This document shows positions 32,601 to 39,330 of a DNA stretch of 64,000 bases, in pieces (positions within the stretch are counted from its first letter, which is position 1; each line of letters starts with the position of its first letter). Made by a program: the position numbers and the translations under genes. The stretch is from Gammaproteobacteria bacterium. GTDB taxonomy: Bacteria > Pseudomonadota > Gammaproteobacteria > Steroidobacterales > JBCCMA01. The stretch covers positions 49,713 to 113,712 of the forward strand of contig JBGCEL010000021.1 in NCBI GenBank assembly GCA_045106455.1, in the 5' to 3' direction. The notes below the pieces were generated by a model that was given only the letters and a program-made list of their open reading frames with translations, searched no databases and was not told where the DNA came from.

Positions 32601-32947
32601 GGGCAGAATTTGCGTCCTGCTTCACTTGCCACGCGAATGCGATAGCAACCGGCCGGCACATCAAATTTGTAGACGCCGCGCGAGTCGGTGCGCGTTGCCG
32701 CTAAAAAAGCGCCATCGCAGCCCAACAGACTCACATGAACGTCGGCCAGACCGGCCTCCGATTTATCACGCACGCCATTTTCATTTTGATCCAGCCAAAC
32801 CGTGCTGCGCACCTGCGCATCGACGGCCAACCGGTCGGCTCCGGCGTTTAGCGCGCCTGGCAAGACGGCCAGCGCAAAGCCGACCACCAACAACGTGGAA
32901 AACCATCGAGAAAACCCGGTCCCTGCGGTCGTATGCATGCGGTGCAT
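20618..32947 (-). CDS. Giant (~4,109 aa) secreted repetitive adhesin-like protein: 10 SdrD-B-like domains, 19 DUF11/DUF7507-like Ig repeats, 2+2 C-terminal domains
   Basis: Uninterrupted ORF; purine-rich GGGGAG ribosome site before ATG 32947; Sec-type signal peptide; GDxVWxDxxxDGxQ SdrD-B motifs; repeated IEKxTNG...WxYxVTNTG...VTD...CP...C...QYxN...DPSHY units. Confidence 0.9.
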   Translation of the reverse strand: MHRMHTTAGTGFSRWFSTLLVVGFALAVLPGALNAGADRLAVDAQVRSTVWLDQNENGVRDKSEAGLADVHVSLLGCDGAFLAATRTDSRGVYKFDVPAGCYRIRVASEAGRKFCPAQMGRDTQVDSDVDPATGISSKLEIAAGATLAGIDAGVVNIKHGELGDRVWEDLNADGIQNVGEPGLANVNVALYDCAGKAMVDDQGAARATRTDSSGYFVFQTMQAGCYRLGIEADGEWQFSATNAALESLDSDIDPATSMSSPVDVREQFGHFDLDAGMYRTASVGDWVWFDRDGDGLQNAGEEGVAGIEVLLLTADGVPTGQVMKTDARGYFEFANLQPGDYRVQYVVPAPYRIGKRNQGIDIQLDSDANSLGTTRVIPVRSGGERMDVDLGLFGGEPVDIAIEKLTNGVDADEPTGPIVEAGADVTWEYIVTNTGDADLFEVLVVDDQGVSVTCPSDFLATGATFTCTGSTDDAQAGQYVNNATVCGNDQTDEPQEVCASDASHYFGSVPAILIETLTESFDADSPTGPELPVGGMVTWEYVVTNSGNIELSDVVVTDSEGVTVTCPSTTLAPGVSMTCTATGTVTSGQYMNVGAVTGTPPVGADVSDSDPSHYFGSDPLISLQKTTNGEDADVAPGPTIGVGEPITWEYTISNDGNVVLSSINVTDDQGVVVTCPPLSLPPGGSVTCTGTGVAQSGPYMNIGTACASVGDGEPVCATDPSHYTGAGAMIEIETLTQNVDADDPTGPEVIVGLPVTWDYVVTNTGGVTLTDIVVVDDQGVPVTCPATTLAPGESFTCSANGTSTAGQYANVGSVSAQGNGETVSDSDPSHYFGIFFEISLEKDTIGFDADVAPGPAIPVGDTVIWTYVATNTGNVRLNTILLSDDQGVTVTCPAIEFLDPGESITCTGEGIAQSGQYANIGNVCGFFEEEEVCDTDPSHYFGAGSGLAVEKSTNGEDADTPTGPEITEDDPVTWTYVVTNTGNVTVNNIVVTDDQGVAVDCPADTLAPGASFTCTGEGIATVGQYANIGSATGQPVDENGNPVGDPVAGSDPSHYLGTPIPTGAIGDTVFVDEDRDGIQDPGEPGLPGVTVNLWTDDDGDGTPDTIIATVVTDANGNYLFPDLDPRLDYFVQVEPVPGQPFTLPNVGDDSADSDVDPATGISPPIALTPGETNLTIDAGVIVLTSGASIEKTTNGEDADTPTGPIVSVGDPITWTYTVTNTGELDLVNIVVTDSEGVAVSCPGDTLAPGDTLVCTGSGVATAGQYSNIGTITGQPSDGGTPIGDPITSDDPSHYFGAGGGLTIEKSTNGEDADTPTGPEITEDDPVTWTYVVTNTGNVAVNNIVVTDDQGVAVDCPADTLAAGASFTCTGEGIAIVGQYANIGSATGQPVDDNGNPIGDPVGDTDPSHYLGTPIPTATIGDTVFVDEDRDGIQDAGEPGLPGVTVNLWTDDDGDGTPDTIIATVVTDANGNYLFPDLDPRLDYFVQVVPVPGQPFTLPNVGDDTADSDVDPATGISPLITLTPGETNLTIDAGVIVLTSGASIEKTTNGEDADTPTGPIVSVGDPVTWTYTVTNTGELDLIDIVVTDSEGVAVSCPADTLAPGETLVCTGSGVATAGQYSNIGTITGQPSDGGTPVGDPVTGDDPSHYFGAGAGLTIEKSTNGEDADTPTGPEITEDDPVSWTYVVTNSGNVTVNNIVVTDDQGVAVSCPADSLAPGASFTCTGEGIAVLGQYANIGSATGQPVDDNGNPIGDPVGDTDPSHYLGTPIAPAAIGDTVFVDEDRDGIQDPGEPGLPGVTVNLWTDDDGDGTPDTIIATLVTDANGNYLFTDLDPRLNYFVQVVPVPGQPFTLPNVGDDTADSDVDPATGISPPIALTPGETNLTIDAGVIVLTSGASIEKTTNGEDADTPTGPIVSVGDPITWTYTVTNTGELDLVNIVVTDSEGVAVSCPSDTLAPGETLVCTGTGVATAGQYSNIGTITGQPSDGGTPVGDPITGDDPSHYFGAGAGLTIEKSTNGEDADTPTGPEITEDDPVSWTYVVTNTGNVTVNNIVVTDDQGVAVNCPADSLAAGASFTCTGEGIATVGQYANIGSATGQPVDDNGNPIGDPVGDTDPSHYLGTPIATAAIGDTVFVDEDRDGIQDPGEPGLPGVTVNLWTDDDGDGTPDTIIATLITDANGNYLFTDLDPRLNYFVQVVPVPGQPFTLPNVGDDSADSDVDPATGISPPIALTPGETNLTIDAGVIVLTSGASIEKTTNGEDADTPTGPIVSVGDPITWTYTVTNTGELDLVNIVVTDSEGVAVSCPGDTLAPGETLVCTGTGVATAGQYSNIGTITGQPSDGGTPIGDPITGDDPSHYFGAGGGLTIEKSTNGQDADTPTGPEITEDDPVSWTYVVTNTGNVTVNNIVVTDDQGVAVSCPAASLAPGASFTCTGEGIATVGQYANIGSATGQPVDDNGNPIGDPVGDTDPSHYLGTPIATAAIGDTVFVDEDRDGVQDPGERGVPDRIVNLWVDDDGDGTPDRIIATTTTDGNGNYLFTDLDPRLTYFVQVVPVPGEPFTQPNVGDDAADSDVDPLSGITGPITVAPGETNLTIDAGILKLKPDVTIQKFTNGVDADVPTGPILTVGETVNWTYVVRNPGEFPLIDIVVTDDQGVTVSCPMTTLDVGASMTCTGSGVATAGQYSNLGSVSAQPTDNGTPFGDPRIDSDPSHYFGAGAGLTIEKLTNGEDADTPTGPEITEDQPVMWTYVVTNNGNVTVNNITVTDDQGVSVSCPTDTLAPGATLTCTGEGIATVGQYVNIGSATGQPVDDNGNPIGAPIGDSDPSHYLGVAIATASIGDTVFVDTDRDGMQDAGEPGLPGVTVNLWTDDNNDGVPDTIIATVMTDANGNYLFSDLDPRLTYFVQFGAVPGQPFTTPNVGDDSTDSDADPATGITGPITLNPGQSNLTIDAGVITLNSGVSIEKLTNGEDADTPTGPVVPVGAPITWSYVITNTGELTLSNIVVVDDQGVAVTCPGTTLDAGASFTCSGSGTAVAGQYANIGSVTGQPSDGGTPVGDPVSGSDPSHYFGAGGGLTIEKTTNGEDADTPTGPQIVEGQPVNWQYTVSNTGNVTVSGITVSDNQGVAVNCPADTLAPGATLVCTGSGVAVVGQYMNVGSASGQPVDDNGNPIGDPVGDTDPSHYLGLPLPTASIGDTVFVDSDRDGLQDPNEPGQPGVTVNLWIDTDGDGAPDLIVATTTTDANGNYLFTDLDSRETYFVQFGAVPGLPFTTPDAGDDALDSDPDPTSGITPAIVLQPGESNNTIDAGLIRLKGEVDIEKLTNGEDADTPTGPILTAGDAVNWEYIVSNTGELTLTGIVVTDNQGVAVTCPADTLAPGASFVCTGSGTAIAGQYANIGSVTGQPIDGGVPIGNPVSDSDASHYFGEASCVDGNVADHFNQVSYDNNDGSMNWNGPWVENDPQGGGASSGSVSIVDGRLQLNDRPDSHQAPSIARGVDLTGFEAAMLMFDWSTTSAATKNDEAVVEVSTDGGITFTTLAMFESVQGQVVGASEMFDLTPYISANTIIRFRITNLFGGSHDEFFVDNVSIDKKCTAPVCVAGDVADQFNRVRYDNNDGSMDWAGPWLEHDPQGGGASDGAIRVADGVLILTDYPNSHQKPSIRRQVDLSGYPAAMLMFDWTTSNEVDPDDEVTLKISDNGGQSFTVLDVFSGYHGAASGFETYDISPYISGETVIKFVVTNKFGGRWDKFMIDNVRIDKKCDSDDCVVTSAANHGLWFQNLDGNGGADRFDFLPGARFTRNADGTARLTGVARKRTDADESFDVDLMLSGRTTTPPPGSPKNNFGADISDWVYYPNWSGTLLGLDDYAGASLSVTRRGPSFQVGTGANDTQDDVNVFGGSGWFDYVTERQGDRCLNLGRDCVEHTGKGDFNVRIDCADDGGQACVANETQYQALFLPNFNNDGILDRYDLDDGAQFVTLGDGTARLTGMAFKQDEPNYRFNVDLMLSGRTDVPPPGSPYNPQGADPADWVYYPNWSGTLTGEAWNTGALLNIERTGASFQVGTGANAHPNEQSIFGGSGWFDFETVDQPNDCHYYGDCIAHSGHGDVNIQLMCPNP
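22691..30124 (-). repeat. Intragenic tandem array: 7 units of 1062 bp (354 aa; Ig + SdrD-B + Ig)
   Basis: Equivalent HYFG anchor positions at 22691 and 30125 are 7434 = 7 x 1062 bp apart; seven IGDTVFVD motifs; 26052-26155 is identical to 27114-27217. Confidence 0.93.
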
Positions 32948-33205
32948 CGCCCTCTCCCCTTTCAAAGCTTGTTGTAATGCTCTTGGCACGTGATCGGATC
33001 GTGTAATTGCCCAATCATCGTTTTATCGTTATTCAGCTAAGCCATGGTAGTCCAAAACCCGTTTTTCTTCACCTTTACGGGTTATGCGCAATCGCGCGTA
33101 AGTACTTAATAAAACATAAGTACCACGAGACCGCGTTGCGCTGCTGGCCATCCTTGACTTAAGTTATGTCATACCACAAATAGATCAGCGACGAAGCGAC
33201 GCGGG

Positions 33206-33221
33206 TGTGACGCGTTTCACA
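33206..33221. promoter_or_regulatory. CRP-family (CRP/Vfr/Clp) box 1
   Basis: TGTGA-CGCGTT-TCACA, a perfect TGTGA-N6-TCACA match in a divergent intergenic region. Confidence 0.7.
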
Positions 33222-33244
33222 AATGTGAACTTTGGGGTGAAACC

Positions 33245-33260
33245 TGTGACCCGGCTCACT
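33245..33260. promoter_or_regulatory. CRP-family box 2
   Basis: TGTGA-CCCGGC-TCACT, 9/10 match, offset 39 bp from box 1. Confidence 0.62.
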
Positions 33261-33377
33261 GTCGAAATGTAAAACGGCATGGCATGTTGAAGCTCGAACT
33301 TATGCAATGTACGACGACAAAGACAGACAGAACGCAAACGCGCCGCGTGCGCGAACCCCTACACGGAGGTGGCAACC

Positions 33378-34133
33378 ATGGCCGCATCGAGCAATGTTGA
33401 GAAAACCCGAATGAATGAGCGCATGCACTGCAGCGCGGCGGCAACACTCACGCTGCTGAGCGGACTGCTGTTGAGCGGCTGCACGACGCCCCAGCCCAGC
33501 GTTACACCCAGCGAATCCAGCAACATGGCGGTGAGCGCCGCGTTTCATTTTCAGGCCGAGCCCCTGAATTGCGAAGAGCCCGGTCACGAGACACTGTCCT
33601 CTGTGGTGCGCGTGGCCAGCACTGACGGTGCGGATGCCAGTGGCGTTGTCATTGCACGCAACCGTGTCCTCACGGCCGCACACGTGCTGGACGATCATAT
33701 ACAGGCGCTGGTGTACGTCGACGCAACCTATCAACAAGCCACGGTGATCGCGCGCGATTCAGCCAACGACCTGGTCATTCTCGATACCCCTACCGGATTT
33801 TTAACGCCGATCCGCATCAGCACGGAAAATTTGTTTTCCGCCGAGCCGGTCTGGACAGTCGGCTTTCCGCTGGCGCTGGAACAAACGGCCAACTTTGGCC
33901 GCTATCAGCAACACGTTAACGGTGCTATCCACAGCACAGCGTCCACCAACGCCGGTGCATCAGGCGGCGGTCTTTTGCGCTGCACGGGCGGCAATTTCGA
34001 ACTGGCGGGAATGATTCGAGGCTACGGCGCCTACTGGGACGCCGGTGAGCTGCGCCGCATCGAAGATCTGTCGATTTCCGTGCCGGCCGATACGATTTCA
34101 GCGTTTGTTGTGAACGCGGGCGTCGGACTCTAA
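33378..34133 (+). CDS. Trypsin-like (S1) serine protease, probable lipoprotein
   Basis: LLLSGC lipobox; LTAAHV, NDL and GASGG triad motifs; GGAGG before ATG 33378 (33411 and 33423 also possible). Confidence 0.85.
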   Translation: MAASSNVEKTRMNERMHCSAAATLTLLSGLLLSGCTTPQPSVTPSESSNMAVSAAFHFQAEPLNCEEPGHETLSSVVRVASTDGADASGVVIARNRVLTAAHVLDDHIQALVYVDATYQQATVIARDSANDLVILDTPTGFLTPIRISTENLFSAEPVWTVGFPLALEQTANFGRYQQHVNGAIHSTASTNAGASGGGLLRCTGGNFELAGMIRGYGAYWDAGELRRIEDLSISVPADTISAFVVNAGVGL

Positions 34134-34140
34134 CCGCGAT

Positions 34141-35511
34141 CTAGCACTCGATGACGTTGACGGCGAGACCACCCTCAGACGTCTCTTTGTAAATCGAGCC
34201 CATATCAAGACCGGTTTGTCGCATTGTCTCGATGACCTGATCCAGTGATACTTTGTGCTCGCCGTCGCCGCGTCGGGCGATACGCACAGCGTTGATGGCT
34301 TTCACCGCGCCCATGGCATTGCGCTCAATGCACGGGATCTGCACCAGACCGCCAATGGGATCGCACGTCAGACCCAGATTATGCTCCATGCCAATCTCCG
34401 CGGCATTTTCGACAATCTGATTATTGTAGCCCTGCGCCGCGGCGAGACCGGCTGCTGCCATCGAGCACGCTACGCCCACCTCGCCCTGACAGCCCATTTC
34501 CGCCCCTGAAATGGACGCGTTCATTTTGTACAGCATGCCAATGGCCGCCGACGTGAGTAAGAAACGATCGATACCGTCGCGATCCGCATCGGGGTGAAAC
34601 CGTGCGTAAAAATGCAGCACGGACGGCACGATACCCGCCGCACCGTTGGTGGGCGCTGTCACCACCCGACCGCCCGCCGCGTTTTCTTCATTGACCGCCA
34701 ACGCCCACGCATTGACCCAATCCATCGTGCTCATGGGATCGGGCTCACCCGCGGCATTGAGCTCACGAAACAACTGTGGCGCACGACGCTTTACGGCAAG
34801 TCTTCCCGGCAAAACGCCATCGCTGCGTGACCCGCGCTCGACGCAGCCTTGCATGGTCGACCAAATTGCATCAAGACAGACTCGTAGCTGCGACTCTGAA
34901 CGCCACGTCAGCTCGTTCTTCCACACCAGTTCATCAATCCGAAGGCCACTGGTCTCACCGTGTGCCAAGAGCGCCGCAGCGCTGTCAAAACTGTACGGCG
35001 CCGATTCGATCGCATCGTCCGAGGCGGCGTTCATGTCTTCGCCTTTACGGGCAATAAAGCCGCCGCCGATGGAATAAAACTCGGCATCGGCGATCACGTT
35101 ATTCGCACCGTCCAACGCCTCGAAACGCATTCCGTTGGGATGGGCCGGCAACGCTTCGTCGTAGTGAAAAATCAGATCCTGATCACCGGCAAACGCCACG
35201 GGCTTCTCGCCACCCAGCGCAAGCTCGCCAGATTGAGCAATACCTTCAAGTGTCGAATCGATGGAATCCGGATCAATCGTGTCCGGCAGCGCGCCGGTGA
35301 GGCCCAATATGACCGCTCGGTCCGTGCAGTGCCCCTTCCCCGTTAACGCCAACGATCCGTAGAGGTGCACACGCACCCGCGCGACCTCCGTCAATTGTGC
35401 CGCCGCACGCAGATCGTCGACAAACGCCGCTGCCGCTTTCATGGGACCCATCGTGTGGGAACTCGACGGGCCGATGCCAATTTTGTACATGTCCGTCACG
35501 CTAATACGCAT
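34141..35511 (-). CDS. sdaA: L-serine ammonia-lyase (Fe-S)
   Basis: IGIGPSSSHT, VTAPTNGAAG, GCQGEVG, GLTCDP...PCIERN. Confidence 0.96.
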   Translation of the reverse strand: MRISVTDMYKIGIGPSSSHTMGPMKAAAAFVDDLRAAAQLTEVARVRVHLYGSLALTGKGHCTDRAVILGLTGALPDTIDPDSIDSTLEGIAQSGELALGGEKPVAFAGDQDLIFHYDEALPAHPNGMRFEALDGANNVIADAEFYSIGGGFIARKGEDMNAASDDAIESAPYSFDSAAALLAHGETSGLRIDELVWKNELTWRSESQLRVCLDAIWSTMQGCVERGSRSDGVLPGRLAVKRRAPQLFRELNAAGEPDPMSTMDWVNAWALAVNEENAAGGRVVTAPTNGAAGIVPSVLHFYARFHPDADRDGIDRFLLTSAAIGMLYKMNASISGAEMGCQGEVGVACSMAAAGLAAAQGYNNQIVENAAEIGMEHNLGLTCDPIGGLVQIPCIERNAMGAVKAINAVRIARRGDGEHKVSLDQVIETMRQTGLDMGSIYKETSEGGLAVNVIEC

Positions 35512-35538
35512 GGCGATCTCTCCGTGGTAGTGCCGCGA

Positions 35539-38500
35539 TTATTCGCTTGGTGTTTTGCCGTCAGTAACGCTCGATAGCGACAGCAACGAGGTGTTACCAC
35601 CCACCGCCGCTGTATTCACCGAGACCGTTTTCTCCGTGGCAAAACGCGTGAGGTATAGCGGCCCACCGGCTTTGGGCCCGGTACCCGATAATCCACGACC
35701 GCCAAACGGCTGCACGCCAACCACGGCTCCCACCATGTTGCGATTCACGTATACGTTGCCCACGCGCACCTGACGTGCGATGTAACGCGCCCGACTGTCG
35801 ATGCGACTGTGCACACCAAGTGTTAATCCATAGCCTGTGGTGTTGATGGCCTCAATCACTTTGTCGAGATCTTTCGACTTGTAGCGCACGATGTGGAGCA
35901 CCGGCCCAAACACTTCGCGCTCTAATTCTCCGATGCTGTCGATCTCCGCCGCGATGGGCGCGAAAAAGGTGCCATTGGCACACGCTTCAGGAAGACTCAT
36001 TTCTAACACCACGCGATTGCTCGCGCGCAGTTTGTCCGCGTGAGCGTTGAGCACGTTCAGTGCATCCTGATCAATGACTGGCCCCACATCCGTGGTAATC
36101 AACGCTGGATCACCGATCGACAGTTCGTCCACAGCGCCTTTGAGCAACTCGAGAATGCGTGGTGCGATGTCTTCTTGCAGCATCAACACACGCAGAGCAG
36201 AACAGCGCTGACCGGCTGAATTAAACGACGAGCGCAGCACGTCATTGACCACCTGTTCGGGCAGCGCGGAGCTATCCACCAGCATTGCGTTCTGACCGCC
36301 GGTCTCGGCGATCAGCGTCGCAATGGGGCCGTCTTTTTGTGCCAGCGCCAGCGCGATGTGCCGCGCCGTTTGGGTTGAACCGGTGAACGCGACCCCCGCC
36401 GTCGCCGGATGCGCGACCGCCGCGGCACCCACCGTGACGCCGTCTCCGGGCAAAAAGTGCAATACGTCAGACGGCACGCCCGCATCGCGCATCAATGAGA
36501 TGGCACGCGCTGCCACCAGCGGTGTTTGCTCCGCCGGCTTTGCGACCACCGCGTTACCCGCGGCCAATGCGGCCGCGACCTGCCCGACAAAAATGGCTAA
36601 CGGAAAATTCCACGGACTGATGCAAACGAACACACCACGGCCCGCCATCTCAAGCGTGTTGTGCTCGCCGGTGGGTCCAGGCAAATCTACTGGCGTGGTG
36701 AACTGGGCGCGGGCCTGCGCGGCGTAGTAACGCAGAAAATCGACCGCCTCGCGCAGCTCGTCGTTAGCATCGCCAATCAGCTTACCGGCTTCGCGGACGC
36801 ACAGCGCCAGTAGCGTGTTGGCATCGGCCTCCAAAGCATCCGCAGCGGCCTCCAATATTTTGGCGCGCTCAGCGCCGCCGGAGCGGTCCCAGGCCGGTTG
36901 CGCTGCGACCGCAAGCTCAAACGCGCGCTGCACGTCAGCCTCGCTCGCGCTGGCCGTATGGCCGACGACGCGCTCGTGATTCGCCGGGTCCACTACCGCT
37001 TTGGCATCGCCCATCGCGCTGCTGGTCCCAACCATCACCGGTGCTTCAAAACGGGTCGCGGCACTTTGAGCTAAATCGGCGGACAACGTCTGCAGATATT
37101 GCGTATCGGCCAGGTTGAGCCCTTTGGAATTGCGCCGACCGTGTCCAAACAGATCGGCCGGCAACGGAATATCCGGATGCGGCTTGTGGGCAAGCGACGC
37201 CAGCATATCGAACGGATCGGCGACGATATCCTCTACCGGCGCATTTTCATCCACAATGCGATTCACAAATGAGGTGTTGGCGCCGTTCTCGAGCAGACGT
37301 CGCACAAGATAAGGCAGCAAGTCTTCGTGCTGACCCACGGGCGCGTAGACGCGACACGGCCGCGTGTTGTCGCCCTTCTCGGTAATTTGCGCGTAGAGCT
37401 CTTCACCCATACCGTGCAATCGTTGAAACTCAAAGCCGCGCGTATCGCCGGCCAGCTCAAGAATGCTCGCCACCGTGTGAGCGTTGTGCGTCGCGAACTG
37501 CGGATAAACATGATCGCGCGATGCCATTAGGCGCTGCGCGCACACCAGATACGAGACGTCCGTGGTGACCTTGCGCGTGTACACCGGGTAGCTCGACAGA
37601 CCCAATTCCTGACCGTGTTTGATTTCGGTATCCCAGTACGCCCCTTTCACCAGACGGATCGGAATTTTGCGACCGCCGCGTCGCGCCAGATCAATCAGCC
37701 ACTCGACCGTGGCCGGTGCGCGCTTTTGATACGCCTGCAAGGCTAAACCAAAGCCGTTCCAGTCGGCGCACGCTTCGCTGTTATAGACGGCCTCAAAAAT
37801 GTCCAGCGACAGCTCCAGACGATCCGCTTCTTCGGCGTCTACACAAAAACCTATGTTGTAACGCTTGGCGCGCGCGGCCAGCTCGGCTAACGCCGGCACC
37901 AGTTCGCGCATCACGCGGGCACGGTTGGCCACGTCGTAACGCGGATGCAGCGCCGACAGTTTCACGGAAATCCCCGGGGCCTGAAATACGGATTCGGCAT
38001 CGGCGGCTTTGGCCCCGATCGCATCAATCGCACGCGCGTAGGCCGCGTGATAGGTCTGCGCGTCTTTCGTGGTTAGTGCAGCCTCTCCGAGCATGTCGAA
38101 GGAATAGCGATAGGGTGCGTTTTCTTTATCACGTGAACGCTTCAGAGCATCGACAATGGTGCGTCCCATCACAAACTGATGGCCCATAATTTTCATGGCC
38201 TGACGCATCGCGGTGCGCACCACCGGTTCGCCTGCACGTGAGACCAGACGTGACATCACCGAGCCGGGTGCCTCAATGGCGGATTCTGTGGGTCCAAGCA
38301 CACGCCCGGTGAGCATCAGCCCCCAAGTCGAGGCGTTGACGAACATCGATGAACTGGTGCCCAGGTGTTCTTTCCAGTCGCCGCCCTGCAGTTTGTCGCG
38401 GATCAGCTGGTCTGCCGTATCGGCGTCAGGCACGCGCAGCAGCGCCTCGGCCAGACACATCAACACAATGCCCTCCTGCGAGGACAAATCGTATTGATGC

Positions 38501-38808
38501 AAGAACGCATCGAGCCCACCGGTTTTGCCACGCTCCGCACGTACGGTGTGCACCAGGCGAGCCGCCGCCGTTTTGATTTTGCGCCGCTGTTCGGCGTCCA
38601 ACGTGTTGGCGTCGAGCAGTGCTTTCACGCATTGGGTTTCATCGGCCAGGTAGTGCGCATTCATCGCATGCTGCAGAACGCTGCGCTCGGGCAATGGATG
38701 ATCGAAAACAAACGAAGCCAGGTTTTCTGGTCGGGTTTTAGCGTGCACGGCGAGCTCCGGTAATCCGTTTTGAACTGGCCCCGGATTATATTGGATTTGT
38801 CCCGCCAC
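35539..38808 (-). CDS. putA: Bifunctional proline dehydrogenase / P5C dehydrogenase PutA
   Basis: LMCLAEALLRVPD, SFDMLGE, RLVKGAYWD, RRLLENGANTSF, SAGQRCSA; start uncertain. Confidence 0.96.
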   Translation of the reverse strand: MAGQIQYNPGPVQNGLPELAVHAKTRPENLASFVFDHPLPERSVLQHAMNAHYLADETQCVKALLDANTLDAEQRRKIKTAAARLVHTVRAERGKTGGLDAFLHQYDLSSQEGIVLMCLAEALLRVPDADTADQLIRDKLQGGDWKEHLGTSSSMFVNASTWGLMLTGRVLGPTESAIEAPGSVMSRLVSRAGEPVVRTAMRQAMKIMGHQFVMGRTIVDALKRSRDKENAPYRYSFDMLGEAALTTKDAQTYHAAYARAIDAIGAKAADAESVFQAPGISVKLSALHPRYDVANRARVMRELVPALAELAARAKRYNIGFCVDAEEADRLELSLDIFEAVYNSEACADWNGFGLALQAYQKRAPATVEWLIDLARRGGRKIPIRLVKGAYWDTEIKHGQELGLSSYPVYTRKVTTDVSYLVCAQRLMASRDHVYPQFATHNAHTVASILELAGDTRGFEFQRLHGMGEELYAQITEKGDNTRPCRVYAPVGQHEDLLPYLVRRLLENGANTSFVNRIVDENAPVEDIVADPFDMLASLAHKPHPDIPLPADLFGHGRRNSKGLNLADTQYLQTLSADLAQSAATRFEAPVMVGTSSAMGDAKAVVDPANHERVVGHTASASEADVQRAFELAVAAQPAWDRSGGAERAKILEAAADALEADANTLLALCVREAGKLIGDANDELREAVDFLRYYAAQARAQFTTPVDLPGPTGEHNTLEMAGRGVFVCISPWNFPLAIFVGQVAAALAAGNAVVAKPAEQTPLVAARAISLMRDAGVPSDVLHFLPGDGVTVGAAAVAHPATAGVAFTGSTQTARHIALALAQKDGPIATLIAETGGQNAMLVDSSALPEQVVNDVLRSSFNSAGQRCSALRVLMLQEDIAPRILELLKGAVDELSIGDPALITTDVGPVIDQDALNVLNAHADKLRASNRVVLEMSLPEACANGTFFAPIAAEIDSIGELEREVFGPVLHIVRYKSKDLDKVIEAINTTGYGLTLGVHSRIDSRARYIARQVRVGNVYVNRNMVGAVVGVQPFGGRGLSGTGPKAGGPLYLTRFATEKTVSVNTAAVGGNTSLLSLSSVTDGKTPSE

Positions 38809-38831
38809 GGTGCATTTTTAATTCGCGGCGT

Positions 38832-39263
38832 TCAGGACTCTTCGTCGGTCTCAGGCGGCACACTCTGTTTGCGCACGAAGCGGATTAGACGGCGTCGGTC
38901 GCGCTTATTTGGACGCCCCTCCGGCCGTGGTGCAGTGCGGTAACTCACCCGTCGATCTTCCGCCGCCGCTTCACGTCGCGCACGGCTCTCGTCTGACTCC
39001 AGATAGGCTTTGGCCGCCAGCGGCGCGGACACTCTTTTGGTCAGGAGCTCGAGCACCTGGATATCAAACGTTTCCTCGCCCCGCGTTACGGTTAAATGAT
39101 CGCCCAATTTGATCGCCCGCGACGGCTTCACACGCTGCGTATTCCACAGCACCTTATGACCTTTCACCGCTTTTGCGGCCAGCGCCCGGGTCTTGAAGAA
39201 CCGGGTCGCGTGCAGCCATTGATCGAGCCGAACGGTTGGCTCTGGCGGAGCATCTAACTTCAT
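38832..39263 (-). CDS. hslR: Ribosome-associated heat shock protein Hsp15 (S4 domain)
   Basis: RLDQWL...[14 protein letters not shown]; start placed at ATG 39263. Confidence 0.9.
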   Translation of the reverse strand: MKLDAPPEPTVRLDQWLHATRFFKTRALAAKAVKGHKVLWNTQRVKPSRAIKLGDHLTVTRGEETFDIQVLELLTKRVSAPLAAKAYLESDESRARREAAAEDRRVSYRTAPRPEGRPNKRDRRRLIRFVRKQSVPPETDEES

Positions 39264-39330
39264 GGAGATCGTGACACGGCGAACCAAAGAAGCCGTTATA
39301 CTGCGGCCAATTTTATGCGGAGACAAGCGC

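Noticed and set aside
20620-32993. Many plus-strand ORFs inside the giant gene (e.g. 27662-29122, 486 aa)
   Set aside because: Antisense shadows of a GC-rich, codon-biased repetitive gene; they recur at the 1062-bp period and show no protein motifs.
20570-33370. Giant gene as a mobile or horizontally acquired island
   Set aside because: No integrase, transposase, tRNA or flanking direct repeats are visible, and I see no obvious compositional break by eye.
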